A stretch of 64,000 nucleotides of DNA. It comes from an uncultured Prevotellaceae bacterium. GTDB taxonomy: Bacteria; Bacteroidota; Bacteroidia; Bacteroidales; Muribaculaceae. Position numbers and translations under genes: made by a program. The DNA is taken from contig ONKF01000034.1 in NCBI GenBank assembly GCA_900318335.1, forward strand, positions 713 to 64,712, given 5' to 3'. This document shows, in pieces, positions 7,826-15,584 of the stretch. Every line of letters begins with the position of its first letter. Position 1 is the stretch's first letter. The notes below the pieces were generated by a model. The model was not told where the DNA came from, did not search any database, and saw only the letters and a list, made by a program, of their open reading frames with translations.

Positions 7826-10561
7826 TCAGATAACATTAAGGGTTTGACGGAAAGCTTCAAGACCAAGATTGTCAGCCGCAGATCCTTGAAGTTCACCAAT
7901 GAGTGAATGTAAGCGAGTTTCTGCTTTGGCAACACGGTTTGCAATGTCTTGATAGGTGGTTGCATATTTTGCAACAAGATGTTTCAACTTGTCTGCAAGT
8001 TCAGTTGTCACCTCACTAGGCATACGGTTCAGAGAGGCGAGAAGTGGTGCAATCCACTTGATGCGTAGGAGTTCAATTGCCGTGCCATCATTTATATCGT
8101 GGATTTTGGCAATAGTTTCTGCATCAAGATGTTTATACAATGATTTCAGTTTCTCATTGATAGCCTTTTCTTCGGCCATTAAGATGGAAACTTGTTGAAC
8201 TTTATACTCTAGACTATCTTCTTCAAAAACAAATTGCGATTGATAGTGAGCAATTAGTTTATTGATTTGTCCTTTAGGATAAGTGCCTGTATTGTCGGTT
8301 TCGATCAAGTGCCAATCCAATTCAGGATGCTCTTCGATAAATTGCAGTTTTTCTTTCTTCTTTGAAGGATAAGATTGAAGCAATTCAATCTCCCTACAGG
8401 TTATTGCATTGGTGATTCTTCTCAATTCCTTTGCCACTTCGGCAGCGACAAACTTGGTGTTGTCATTGTTGAGAATGGCCTTGTCCCTTTGTTCCGGGGT
8501 CATGGATTCAATGATTTGAGAATATTGCTCAGCAATCTCGGCAAGGCGATTCTCTTTTTTAGTGATTTCGTCAAGCAGTTCAGGAAGCAGCTCATGCTGC
8601 ACCAGGCCGAACGGTAGTACATGACCTTCCCATCCGTCTTGAACTTCTTGGTTGTTCTTGATTACCATGTGAGGATCTATCTGACGAACTACTTCAAAAC
8701 CCTCGGTCTGGAGTATCTCAAGGTCGGTATCGATGAGAAGCCAGTCTTGACTAAAGAACTGGAAAGCCTGATAGCGGTCGATGAGTGGCAGTTTGTCAAT
8801 CCTATCAAACAGTTCATTGCTGATATCATTTCGTGTTTGTTGAGGATTGAGCGATAACATCGGCTTGATGAGCGTTTCATCAAGGAATTTGTCGAAATCG
8901 CCGAAAGCATCAGCATATTTTTGAGCAAACTGCTTCACATCAACATTATTTGCAATCGTTTCCTCAATGTCATCGACTTTGAGGTGGCTATAACCATTCT
9001 CATCGACGATGAACAATTCTTCCCTTAACGAGGGGAAGGTTTGCCAGAACAGATCGAGAGCGGCCAGTTCCTTTGGGGGGATGCCGCCGAACATTGTTGC
9101 AAAGATGTCGTATTTTTCGGGCTTTTCGTTGCTGTCAACGTACCGGGATATATTCAGGTTGTACTCATTTTCTCGAATCGTGTTACGGCTGACAAGACGA
9201 GAGAAGTTAGGCGTTTCCGTGCGGTTAGTCACGGCATCGACAATTTTCTTGATGTCACAAGCCCGTAGGCGGTTGTTCTTGCCATCTTTCTCGAAGCCCT
9301 TAGAAGCGTCCACAAAGAGGATGTTTTCATCGACACGAGTGGAGCGTTTCAGCACCATGACAATCGTGGAGATGCCCGTGCCAAAGAACACTTTTTCGGG
9401 TAAACCAATGATGGCGTCGATGTGGTTGAACTCAACCAGGTTCTTTCTGATTTGCTGCTCAGAGCCACCACGATAAAGCACGCCATGAGGTAGTACGATA
9501 GTCATGATGCCTTTTGGTTTTACGTGGTATAAGTCATGCAGCAAGAAGGCGAAGTCGGCACATCCCTTGGGTGCCACGCCGAAAGCAGCATAGCGTGCAT
9601 CGCTCTCCTGGTCTTTAGGATCCCACTCTTGTGAGTATGGAGGATTGGAAACTACGGCATCAACATATAGCGGGTCGTAAGTACCTTGCGGATCTGCTTC
9701 GTCGAAAAAGGGCCAGTCCTCTTTGAGGGTGTCGCCACAACGCGCCTCGATATTCGACGGGTTGATGCCACGCATTATCAGGTTCATTCGCGTAAGATTG
9801 AACGTGTTCTGTTTCAACTCCTGCGCATAGTACTTGATGTTATCGCGGTTACTGATGTGCCTAGCAACCGATTTGCCTATGTTAATAAGAAGAGATCCCG
9901 ATCCGCTGGTAGGGTCATAGATGCGGATTTCCTCGTTATTGCGCAAGTGGTGGGCTATGATGTCTGACATCATCAGCGAAACCTCGTGAGGAGTATAGAA
10001 CTCGCCTGCCTTCTTGCCTGCGTTGGCGGCAAAGTTGCTGATTAGGTACTCATAGACGAAGCCAAGCACGTCGTAGTCTTGTCGACCATCGGTAGGTATC
10101 TCACGGATGAGGGCCACGAGATCGCGCACTGCTGCACTTTGTTCAGCTGTTGACGTACCTAGTTTGCTGAGTCCCGTCTGCAACGTGTCAAAAATCTTGT
10201 CAAACAGTTTTTTGTGGTTGTTATGGATATTGCGCTCGAATGCAGAAAGTGCATCACGCACATTGGCGACTGTAAATTCACGTCCCATATCAAGCCACGT
10301 TGAAAATAGGTTTTCGTAAGAAATGAAATAACCGAGACTGTCCTTAATCAAGTTGACGGCTCTGACGTTATCTTCTGTAATCGTTGTAAGAAACTGACCT
10401 TTCACTCCTATATGAGTATCAAGGTACATGACTTCCTTGTCCGACAAGAATTTGTAGAAGATAAAGCCCAGGATATAATCCTTGTATTCGTTGGCTTCAA
10501 TCTTCGAGCGCATTTTGTTGGCGCTGGCCCAAATCTTTGCGGCTAATTGTTGTTTATTCAT
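7826..10561 (-). CDS. hsdM: Type I R-M DNA methyltransferase subunit with a long C-terminal extension
   Basis: The start MNKQQLAAKIWASANKMR is an HsdM N-terminal type. Motifs IYDPTSGSGSLL (motif I) and VVSNPPYSQEW (NPPY). About 911 aa. Confidence 0.9.
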   Translation of the reverse strand: MNKQQLAAKIWASANKMRSKIEANEYKDYILGFIFYKFLSDKEVMYLDTHIGVKGQFLTTITEDNVRAVNLIKDSLGYFISYENLFSTWLDMGREFTVANVRDALSAFERNIHNNHKKLFDKIFDTLQTGLSKLGTSTAEQSAAVRDLVALIREIPTDGRQDYDVLGFVYEYLISNFAANAGKKAGEFYTPHEVSLMMSDIIAHHLRNNEEIRIYDPTSGSGSLLINIGKSVARHISNRDNIKYYAQELKQNTFNLTRMNLIMRGINPSNIEARCGDTLKEDWPFFDEADPQGTYDPLYVDAVVSNPPYSQEWDPKDQESDARYAAFGVAPKGCADFAFLLHDLYHVKPKGIMTIVLPHGVLYRGGSEQQIRKNLVEFNHIDAIIGLPEKVFFGTGISTIVMVLKRSTRVDENILFVDASKGFEKDGKNNRLRACDIKKIVDAVTNRTETPNFSRLVSRNTIRENEYNLNISRYVDSNEKPEKYDIFATMFGGIPPKELAALDLFWQTFPSLREELFIVDENGYSHLKVDDIEETIANNVDVKQFAQKYADAFGDFDKFLDETLIKPMLSLNPQQTRNDISNELFDRIDKLPLIDRYQAFQFFSQDWLLIDTDLEILQTEGFEVVRQIDPHMVIKNNQEVQDGWEGHVLPFGLVQHELLPELLDEITKKENRLAEIAEQYSQIIESMTPEQRDKAILNNDNTKFVAAEVAKELRRITNAITCREIELLQSYPSKKKEKLQFIEEHPELDWHLIETDNTGTYPKGQINKLIAHYQSQFVFEEDSLEYKVQQVSILMAEEKAINEKLKSLYKHLDAETIAKIHDINDGTAIELLRIKWIAPLLASLNRMPSEVTTELADKLKHLVAKYATTYQDIANRVAKAETRLHSLIGELQGSAADNLGLEAFRQTLNVI

Positions 10562-10698
10562 ATCATTTCTTGAAAAACAAACTCCAGTGCAGTCCCTGCA
10601 GGCCGACCAAAGCCTATATAACCGCAAAGGAGTTTGCTATATATCGTTGTTCAACGGTCTTTGGCAGGTTTATTCCCATTTTGGAATAATGGTGAACG

Positions 10699-10706
10699 CA
10701 AATTTA
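10699..10706 (-). promoter_or_regulatory. Candidate Bacteroidetes -7 box (TAAATTTG on the minus strand) for the hsd operon
   Basis: Matches the TAnnTTTG consensus upstream of hsdM. Confidence 0.35.
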
Positions 10707-10755
10707 CAACAATTTTAGAAATCAACCCTAAAACTCTCGATGAAAGTTAGAATCA

Positions 10756-11070
10756 CGTCACAGAAAACGTCACAGAAAGCAATATTTGATTTACCGACTG
10801 CATCACCGACATCACCTTACCGATTATTGTCGGAGACTCTTTTACAAGATTGAGCGATTTCTTCTGATTTTCAGTGGTTTATGTCTCCGACAAATCTCCG
10901 ACAAACGATGCATTGGCTGAGATAAAGAAGGTGTGTTAAAATGTTTGCAAACCAGTACATTCGTTTAATAGGTAGCGGAAAAGGTAGCAGAAAAGGTAGC
11001 AGAAAACGATACTTTGGTGATAGAGATTGAAAGACGTGGTATCATTTGTTCATGCAATGGTGATAGAAAA
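10756..11070. repeat. Cluster of short tandem word repeats ending in GAAA(A)
   Basis: CGTCACAGAAAA x2 (10756-10779), TCTCCGACAAA x2 (10884-10905), GGTAGC(G/A)GAAAA x3 (10971-11006) and GGTGATAGA(A/G)A copies (about 11015 and 11059). An 11-bp inverted repeat TTGTCGGAGAC/GTCTCCGACAA sits at about 10828 and 10883. Confidence 0.85.
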
Positions 11071-11250
11071 CTGGTTTCAAAAGATTTTAGTACTTTTGCA
11101 AACTAATAACAAGTTTTGTCACGGGGTATCTTGTAGAGAACACCTCAAGTCTCTTATCGTCTCAATATGCGACAATTGGAATGACGAAATGTACCCAAGT
11201 CAAAATGCTGAGTGAGATAAAGAAATGAAATGAAATAGAAATAAGTAACA

Positions 11251-12054
11251 GTGATAGAAAAAGTCCAATATTTCGATTTTCCAGATGCTAATGGCATTGT
11301 TATCTGTGGAGATATACATGGCGAGTTCAACAAACTTGTCCATAAGTGCTGCATCCAATACGGAATAACAGACTCAGTGATAATAGTTGCTGGAGATTGT
11401 GGCTTTGGGTTTGAGCAGCAGGGTTATTATGAGAATGTCTATAACCGTAATCGTGATCGCTTGGCTAAGTCGAACAATTGGATTCTTTTTGTCAGAGGCA
11501 ACCATGACAATCCGGCCTACTTTAATGATTACCCCATCAAGCATCGTCGATGGATGACTGTACCAGACTATTCCGTGGTAAGGGCTTGTGGCCATAACGT
11601 GCTTTGCGTAGGCGGCGCCATATCCGTTGATAGGTCTTATCGCATTAGTGATTCTGACTACCATCTTCCTAAACAAGAAGACCCATTGGCGCGTAATATT
11701 TATTGGGCTAACGAGTATCCTGTATTTGATATTGAGAAACTTGATGCCATCAGTGAGAACTTTGCTATTGACACCATCATTACCCATACCGCTCCCTCTT
11801 TTTGTGAGTTGACATCAAAGGGCGGCTTTTTAGCTGAAATGGCTGTTCGAGACGAGGACTTAACTGAACAAGTAAATAATGAGCGTCAGGTGATGGACAA
11901 AATTCTTGATTATCTAAAGTCTAGAAGACATCCGTTACGTCATTGGTTTTATGGGCATTTTCACCAGAGCTGGCAAGCCATCGACAACGAGGGAGTTCAA
12001 TACAACATGCTCGATATCATGGAGCTAAAGGAATTATGGGAAATGCAAGAATAG
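11251..12054 (+). CDS. Calcineurin-like metallophosphoesterase (lambda-phosphatase-like)
   Basis: Motifs VICGDIHGE, VAGDCGFG, VRGNHDN, ITHTAP and YGHFHQ. The GTG start lies inside a GTGATAGAAAA repeat word. Confidence 0.75.
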   Translation: MIEKVQYFDFPDANGIVICGDIHGEFNKLVHKCCIQYGITDSVIIVAGDCGFGFEQQGYYENVYNRNRDRLAKSNNWILFVRGNHDNPAYFNDYPIKHRRWMTVPDYSVVRACGHNVLCVGGAISVDRSYRISDSDYHLPKQEDPLARNIYWANEYPVFDIEKLDAISENFAIDTIITHTAPSFCELTSKGGFLAEMAVRDEDLTEQVNNERQVMDKILDYLKSRRHPLRHWFYGHFHQSWQAIDNEGVQYNMLDIMELKELWEMQE

Positions 12055-12246
12055 AGAGACACTTTTTTTGCTTTTTCTTCACGGTCTCTTTTGATTTCCA
12101 TTACATATTTGATTTTTTTGCCACTATTGGCAGTTTTTTACAATGAAGATAGAGAAATCTATTCTTCCTACAAAAAGGCTTACTGTAATTAAATGCCATC
12201 ATCGGCATTTTTTAGGTAATTATCTATGCGCTTAACCTCATTCAAA

Positions 12247-12542
12247 GGTGGGTGTAAATAAGATAAAGGTGAGTGTAAAATAAGATAAAGGTGACTGTAA
12301 ATTGGGAAAGGTGTCTGAAAAGGTGACTGTAAATGAAATAAGGTCACAGAAACGTCATAGATAGATACGTCACAGAAAAGGTGATAGAAAAGCGAACTGA
12401 AAAGCGAACTGAAACCGAACTGAAACCGAACTGAAAGAGTAACTGAAAACGGACTGATATAACTCCGTAGTTGATAGAAAGGTTGATAGAAAAGTTGACA
12501 GAAAAGTTGACAGAAAGGTTATCAAAAAGGTTGCCATCAAAG
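12247..12542. repeat. About 300-bp degenerate tandem array of 11-12 bp (some 20-22 bp) units ending in GAAA(A)
   Basis: Units read in order: GGTGACTGTAAA.., GGTCACAGAAA, CGTCACAGAAAA, GGTGATAGAAAA, GCGAACTGAAAA x2, CCGAACTGAAA x2, GTTGATAGAAA x2, GTTGACAGAAA x2, GTTATCAAAAA. Several of these words are shared with the 10756-11262 cluster. Confidence 0.9.
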
Positions 12543-12664
12543 TCACCAGATGCGTTTCAATTGAAGTTCACGAAGCCTAAGCCGGTATCATCCGTGTGGG
12601 GCAAGGTAGGTACCGCAAGACCGTTAATGTTGCTTCCCTTACTTCCTATAATGAATAGTTTTTG

Positions 12665-12672
12665 TAACTTTG
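12665..12672 (+). promoter_or_regulatory. Candidate -7 box TAACTTTG
   Basis: TAnnTTTG match about 24 bp upstream of the ATG at 12696. Confidence 0.45.
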
Positions 12673-12695
12673 TGACCAAATCAAACATCTTTCAA

Positions 12696-13046
12696 ATGTC
12701 AGACGAATATAACATATCGGAGAATTTTGATGCTATTAATGATTTAGTCAAAATGACACAACAACTCGGAAAGCAAGCTGTCGTAGCATATAAACCGATT
12801 GTTGATGATATCTGTAGCAGGGATGCTTCAGAAAAGGAAGTAGCATGGCTATTAGATTACATGCTTGACTTCCTTGGCAATGACCAAATGCTAGAATTCT
12901 TCAAACAGGTCTGCCGTAAATATTTGGAGAAATATCCTGATGAAATTCATTTTCACATCATGGAATACTACAAGCTTTATGAGCCCGAGAAGCTTGTGGG
13001 GACCGAATATGAACACCTATTGGATGAGATGAATTTTGATGATTAA
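12696..13046 (+). CDS. Hypothetical small acidic helical protein (116 aa)
   Basis: ATG preceded by a -7 box. The longer ORF-track start at 12471 translates the repeat array (MIERLIEKLTEKLTERL) and is rejected. Confidence 0.5.
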   Translation: MSDEYNISENFDAINDLVKMTQQLGKQAVVAYKPIVDDICSRDASEKEVAWLLDYMLDFLGNDQMLEFFKQVCRKYLEKYPDEIHFHIMEYYKLYEPEKLVGTEYEHLLDEMNFDD

Positions 13047-13091
13047 TATCAAATTTCCGTAAAAAAATTACGGAAATTCAATTTTTTGCTT

Positions 13092-13099
13092 TATCTTTG
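13092..13099 (+). promoter_or_regulatory. Candidate -7 box TATCTTTG
   Basis: TAnnTTTG match about 26 bp upstream of the ATG at 13125. Confidence 0.45.
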
Positions 13100-13124
13100 T
13101 GCCGAAAACCAAAACATTAGAGTT

Positions 13125-14225
13125 ATGCTTACAAAATTTGCCGTAAAAAACTTTCGTGGTTTCGCAGAAAGAATTGAATGGGATTTGTCTCATCCAAGTA
13201 ACTATACATTCAACACGTATGCTATCAAAGATGGTATCATCAAGAACGGTATCATCTATGGCCCCAATGGATCCGGAAAGTCAAATTTTGGAATGGCTCT
13301 ATTTGATATACTTTTTCACTTGACTCAAAAGTATAGGGACGATAAGTATTTTCAGAATTACACTTATGGTGGCAGCTCGAAATTATATGTGATATTTGAA
13401 TATACTTTCCTTTTGGGGAATCAGCAGATTGAATATCAATATAAGAAGAATTCAAATGGTGTACTCGTTGAAGAATCTCTAAAGGTTAATGGTGTAAAAA
13501 CGTTTGATCGCAAACAGAATTTTTTTGAATTAGATGAAAAACAATTTCCGATCAACCCTAATGCAAAAAGGGATTTGGAAATAAATGAGAATAACATATC
13601 AATTATAAACTACCTATTAACGTCATACCCGCTGGCTAAAGATCATTATTTAATTAAACTTCGTAGTTTTGTTGAGTCAATGCTTTGGTTTAGGTGTTTA
13701 GGCAATAACGAGTTTATGGGGCTCGAGAACTCTCCAACATTACTTGATGAGTATATCATAAAGAACAATTTAATCACTGATTTCTCTGACTTTTTATTAA
13801 AAGTTAGTGGACAAACGTTTAATTTTGATTTGGAGAAATCTAAGGATAAGCAACTTTTTTGGAAAGTTGGAGATGGTTCTCTTAATTTTGATAATACTAT
13901 TTCAACAGGTACCCGATCGTTACATTTATTATATTATTGGCTCAAAAATATAGGTAATGCATCCTTTGTTTTTATCGATGAGTTTGATGCCTTCTATCAT
14001 TTTAAGTTGGCTTTCGAGGTATGCAAGCGATTGTTCAATCTTAATTGCCAGGTGTTCACGTCTTCTCATAACACTTATCTGATGACTAATGATTTGCTCA
14101 GACCCGACTGCAACTTCATTTTGCAGAACAATAGAATAAAGCCCTTGCATGCTTGTACTGACAAGGAACTGCGTTTTGGTCACAATATGGAGAAGCTATT
14201 CCGTGGAGGTGCATTTGAGGTATGA
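13125..14225 (+). CDS. AAA/ABC-type ATPase (AAA_21-like; AbiLi/RloA-like)
   Basis: MLTKFAVKNFRGF start, Walker A GPNGSGKSN, Walker B FVFIDEFDAFYH, and a later SSHN motif. Confidence 0.8.
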   Translation: MLTKFAVKNFRGFAERIEWDLSHPSNYTFNTYAIKDGIIKNGIIYGPNGSGKSNFGMALFDILFHLTQKYRDDKYFQNYTYGGSSKLYVIFEYTFLLGNQQIEYQYKKNSNGVLVEESLKVNGVKTFDRKQNFFELDEKQFPINPNAKRDLEINENNISIINYLLTSYPLAKDHYLIKLRSFVESMLWFRCLGNNEFMGLENSPTLLDEYIIKNNLITDFSDFLLKVSGQTFNFDLEKSKDKQLFWKVGDGSLNFDNTISTGTRSLHLLYYWLKNIGNASFVFIDEFDAFYHFKLAFEVCKRLFNLNCQVFTSSHNTYLMTNDLLRPDCNFILQNNRIKPLHACTDKELRFGHNMEKLFRGGAFEV

Positions 14226-15034
14226 TACTCTTTGTATTTGAAGGCGAAGACGATAAGACTTATTTTGAGTCTATCAAGCGGCTTTTCTTTCCGGAGAAGT
14301 CCGACACGTTCGTTTGCACCTATAATAGCAATATCTATTCCCTGTATAGTAAATTAAATGCCCACGATGCATTGAATGGACTGTTGAAAGTTGACACGGT
14401 ATCTGTTCTGAAAGAGATTTTGTTAGAAAAGGGTGATAAAACACTCGAGAATATCCGTGAAGATGAAGTCTCAGAAATCTATCTGTTCTTTGACTACGAC
14501 TTCCAGGAGAGAGGAGGAACATTAGAAGAGAACAATAGGAAATTGCAGGCTATGTTGAAATTCTTCATGGATGAGACAGGTAACGGCCTATTGTTCATCA
14601 ATTATCCGATGGTAGAGTCTTTGCGATATACCAAAGAGCTTCCAGACAAAGACTATTGGACATACACTGTGACCCGTAAAAGATGCCAGGAAGAGAGATT
14701 CAAGCACCAAGTCTATGAGTTTTCATTTTATGGCGGCAACTTAGAGCACCTCATTCTAACAGTGAAGCCCGCAGATGATGTTGACAGGATTCGGGAGAAA
14801 ACTGATATGGTCAAGATTAACTGGTGCCACCTAATCGTTATGAATGTTAGCAAAGCAAACTATATCTGCAACAATAAGAATGAGGTTCCAGATGAAGTAA
14901 ATAGTCAAGTTGAGATTTTTGACAATCAGCTTGCCAAGTATGTTGAAACTGAAGAATGCAAAGTGGCGATCCTAAATGCTTTTCCTATCTTTATGTTCAA
15001 CTATTTCGGGAAAAAGATCATAGAAAGACTGTAG
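14222..15034 (+). CDS. RloB-like (TOPRIM-type) protein, partner of the ATPase
   Basis: ATGA overlap with the ATPase gene. The N-terminal ILFVFEGEDDKTYF resembles the RloB CEGEKTEPNYF motif. An acidic IYLFFDYDFQE (DxD-like) motif is present. Confidence 0.65.
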   Translation: MILFVFEGEDDKTYFESIKRLFFPEKSDTFVCTYNSNIYSLYSKLNAHDALNGLLKVDTVSVLKEILLEKGDKTLENIREDEVSEIYLFFDYDFQERGGTLEENNRKLQAMLKFFMDETGNGLLFINYPMVESLRYTKELPDKDYWTYTVTRKRCQEERFKHQVYEFSFYGGNLEHLILTVKPADDVDRIREKTDMVKINWCHLIVMNVSKANYICNNKNEVPDEVNSQVEIFDNQLAKYVETEECKVAILNAFPIFMFNYFGKKIIERL

Positions 15035-15276
15035 TGAACAACTGACCCTACCATAAAGGAGCTACTTGGTGACTACTTAACGATTACTTAGTGATTCAAA
15101 CCAAGAGCAAGCAGAAATGCTCTTCTCTTTTCTTGATCTTACACTTAGCAGAAAACTTTGGACATTCTTTCTCTCCAAATAGAGGGTAAAGATGGTTCAC
15201 TCAATTAGTGAAATATTGAAAACTGTTTAATTGGATTGAATGAAGTTGAAGAGTATGGGGTGTTTGTTGTAGTCTT

Positions 15277-15372
15277 GGTGGGGAAAGATGGGAAATAGGG
15301 AGGAAAAGTGTGGGGAAAAGAAAATTTTTTGCAAGATTCTTTGCAGATGTGGGGAAAATGTGGGGAAAACTG
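15277..15372. repeat. GTGGGGAAA(A) word repeats
   Basis: GGTGGGGAAAG, ATGGGAAATAG, TGTGGGGAAAAG, ATGTGGGGAAAATGTGGGGAAAAC. The style matches the other GAAAA word arrays. Confidence 0.8.
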
Positions 15373-15383
15373 AGAAATAGAAA

Positions 15384-15418
15384 ATCGCTAAAGTCTTTAA
15401 TTTCAAGGCTTTAGCGAT
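15384..15418. terminator. Hairpin ATCGCTAAAG...CTTTAGCGAT with T-runs on both strands
   Basis: 10-bp perfect stem. TTTTC follows on the minus strand and TATTTTC on the plus strand. Confidence 0.5.
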
Positions 15419-15437
15419 TATTTTCGAGTCAAACTCG

Positions 15438-15508
15438 TACCCAGAGCCGGGGTCGAACCGGCACGGGTGTTACCCCATTGGTGTTTGAGACCAACGCGTC
15501 TACCGATT
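15438..15508 (-). pseudogene. tRNA-Leu(CAA) 3' fragment, 5'-truncated
   Basis: The minus strand reads AATCGGTAGACGCG-TTGGT-CTCAAAC-ACCAA-long variable arm-GCCGGTTCGACCCCGGC-TCTGGGTA. No ACCCAGA 5' acceptor strand or D-stem 5' half lies upstream. Confidence 0.7.
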
Positions 15509-15584
15509 GTTTTTTGGTGCCTCGGTGGGGGGGTAACTGAGGCGGTTTTTCGTACTTTTGCGGTCAAATATCAGGATTATCGGT

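Larger units (their letters stand above)
1..15437. other. AT-rich accessory region (defence island). Its left boundary lies outside the window.
   Basis: Visibly lower GC than the sequence after ~15.5 kb. Content is almost only R-M or Abi-type genes. The right edge coincides with a tRNA-Leu fragment and hairpins. Confidence 0.6.

Noticed and set aside
7825-7977. N-terminal 51-aa extension of the first hsdS half that overlaps the hsdM 3' end
   Set aside because: The canonical HsdS entry motif begins right after Met52 (MAKNKPGIRFHGF), and that Met abuts the hsdM stop. The extension is out-of-frame read-through of hsdM sequence.
10562-10627. Upstream start (MRLYRLWSACRDC...) for hsdM
   Set aside because: The Cys/Arg-rich leader has no HsdM similarity. 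MNKQQLAAKIW matches typical HsdM N-termini. This remains uncertain without transcript data.
12247-12542. Possible CRISPR array or coding repeat. The ORF track gives a 191-aa ORF starting at 12471 (MIERLIEKLTEKLTERL...).
   Set aside because: The units are 11-12 bp, contiguous and without spacers, so this is not a CRISPR array. The N-terminal 75 residues of the ORF simply translate the repeat. A -7 box and an ATG at 12696 give a more credible start.
15438-15508. Functional tRNA-Leu gene
   Set aside because: The 3' two-thirds fold well, but no sequence upstream can pair with the TCTGGGT acceptor strand or form the D-stem. It is called a truncated fragment.
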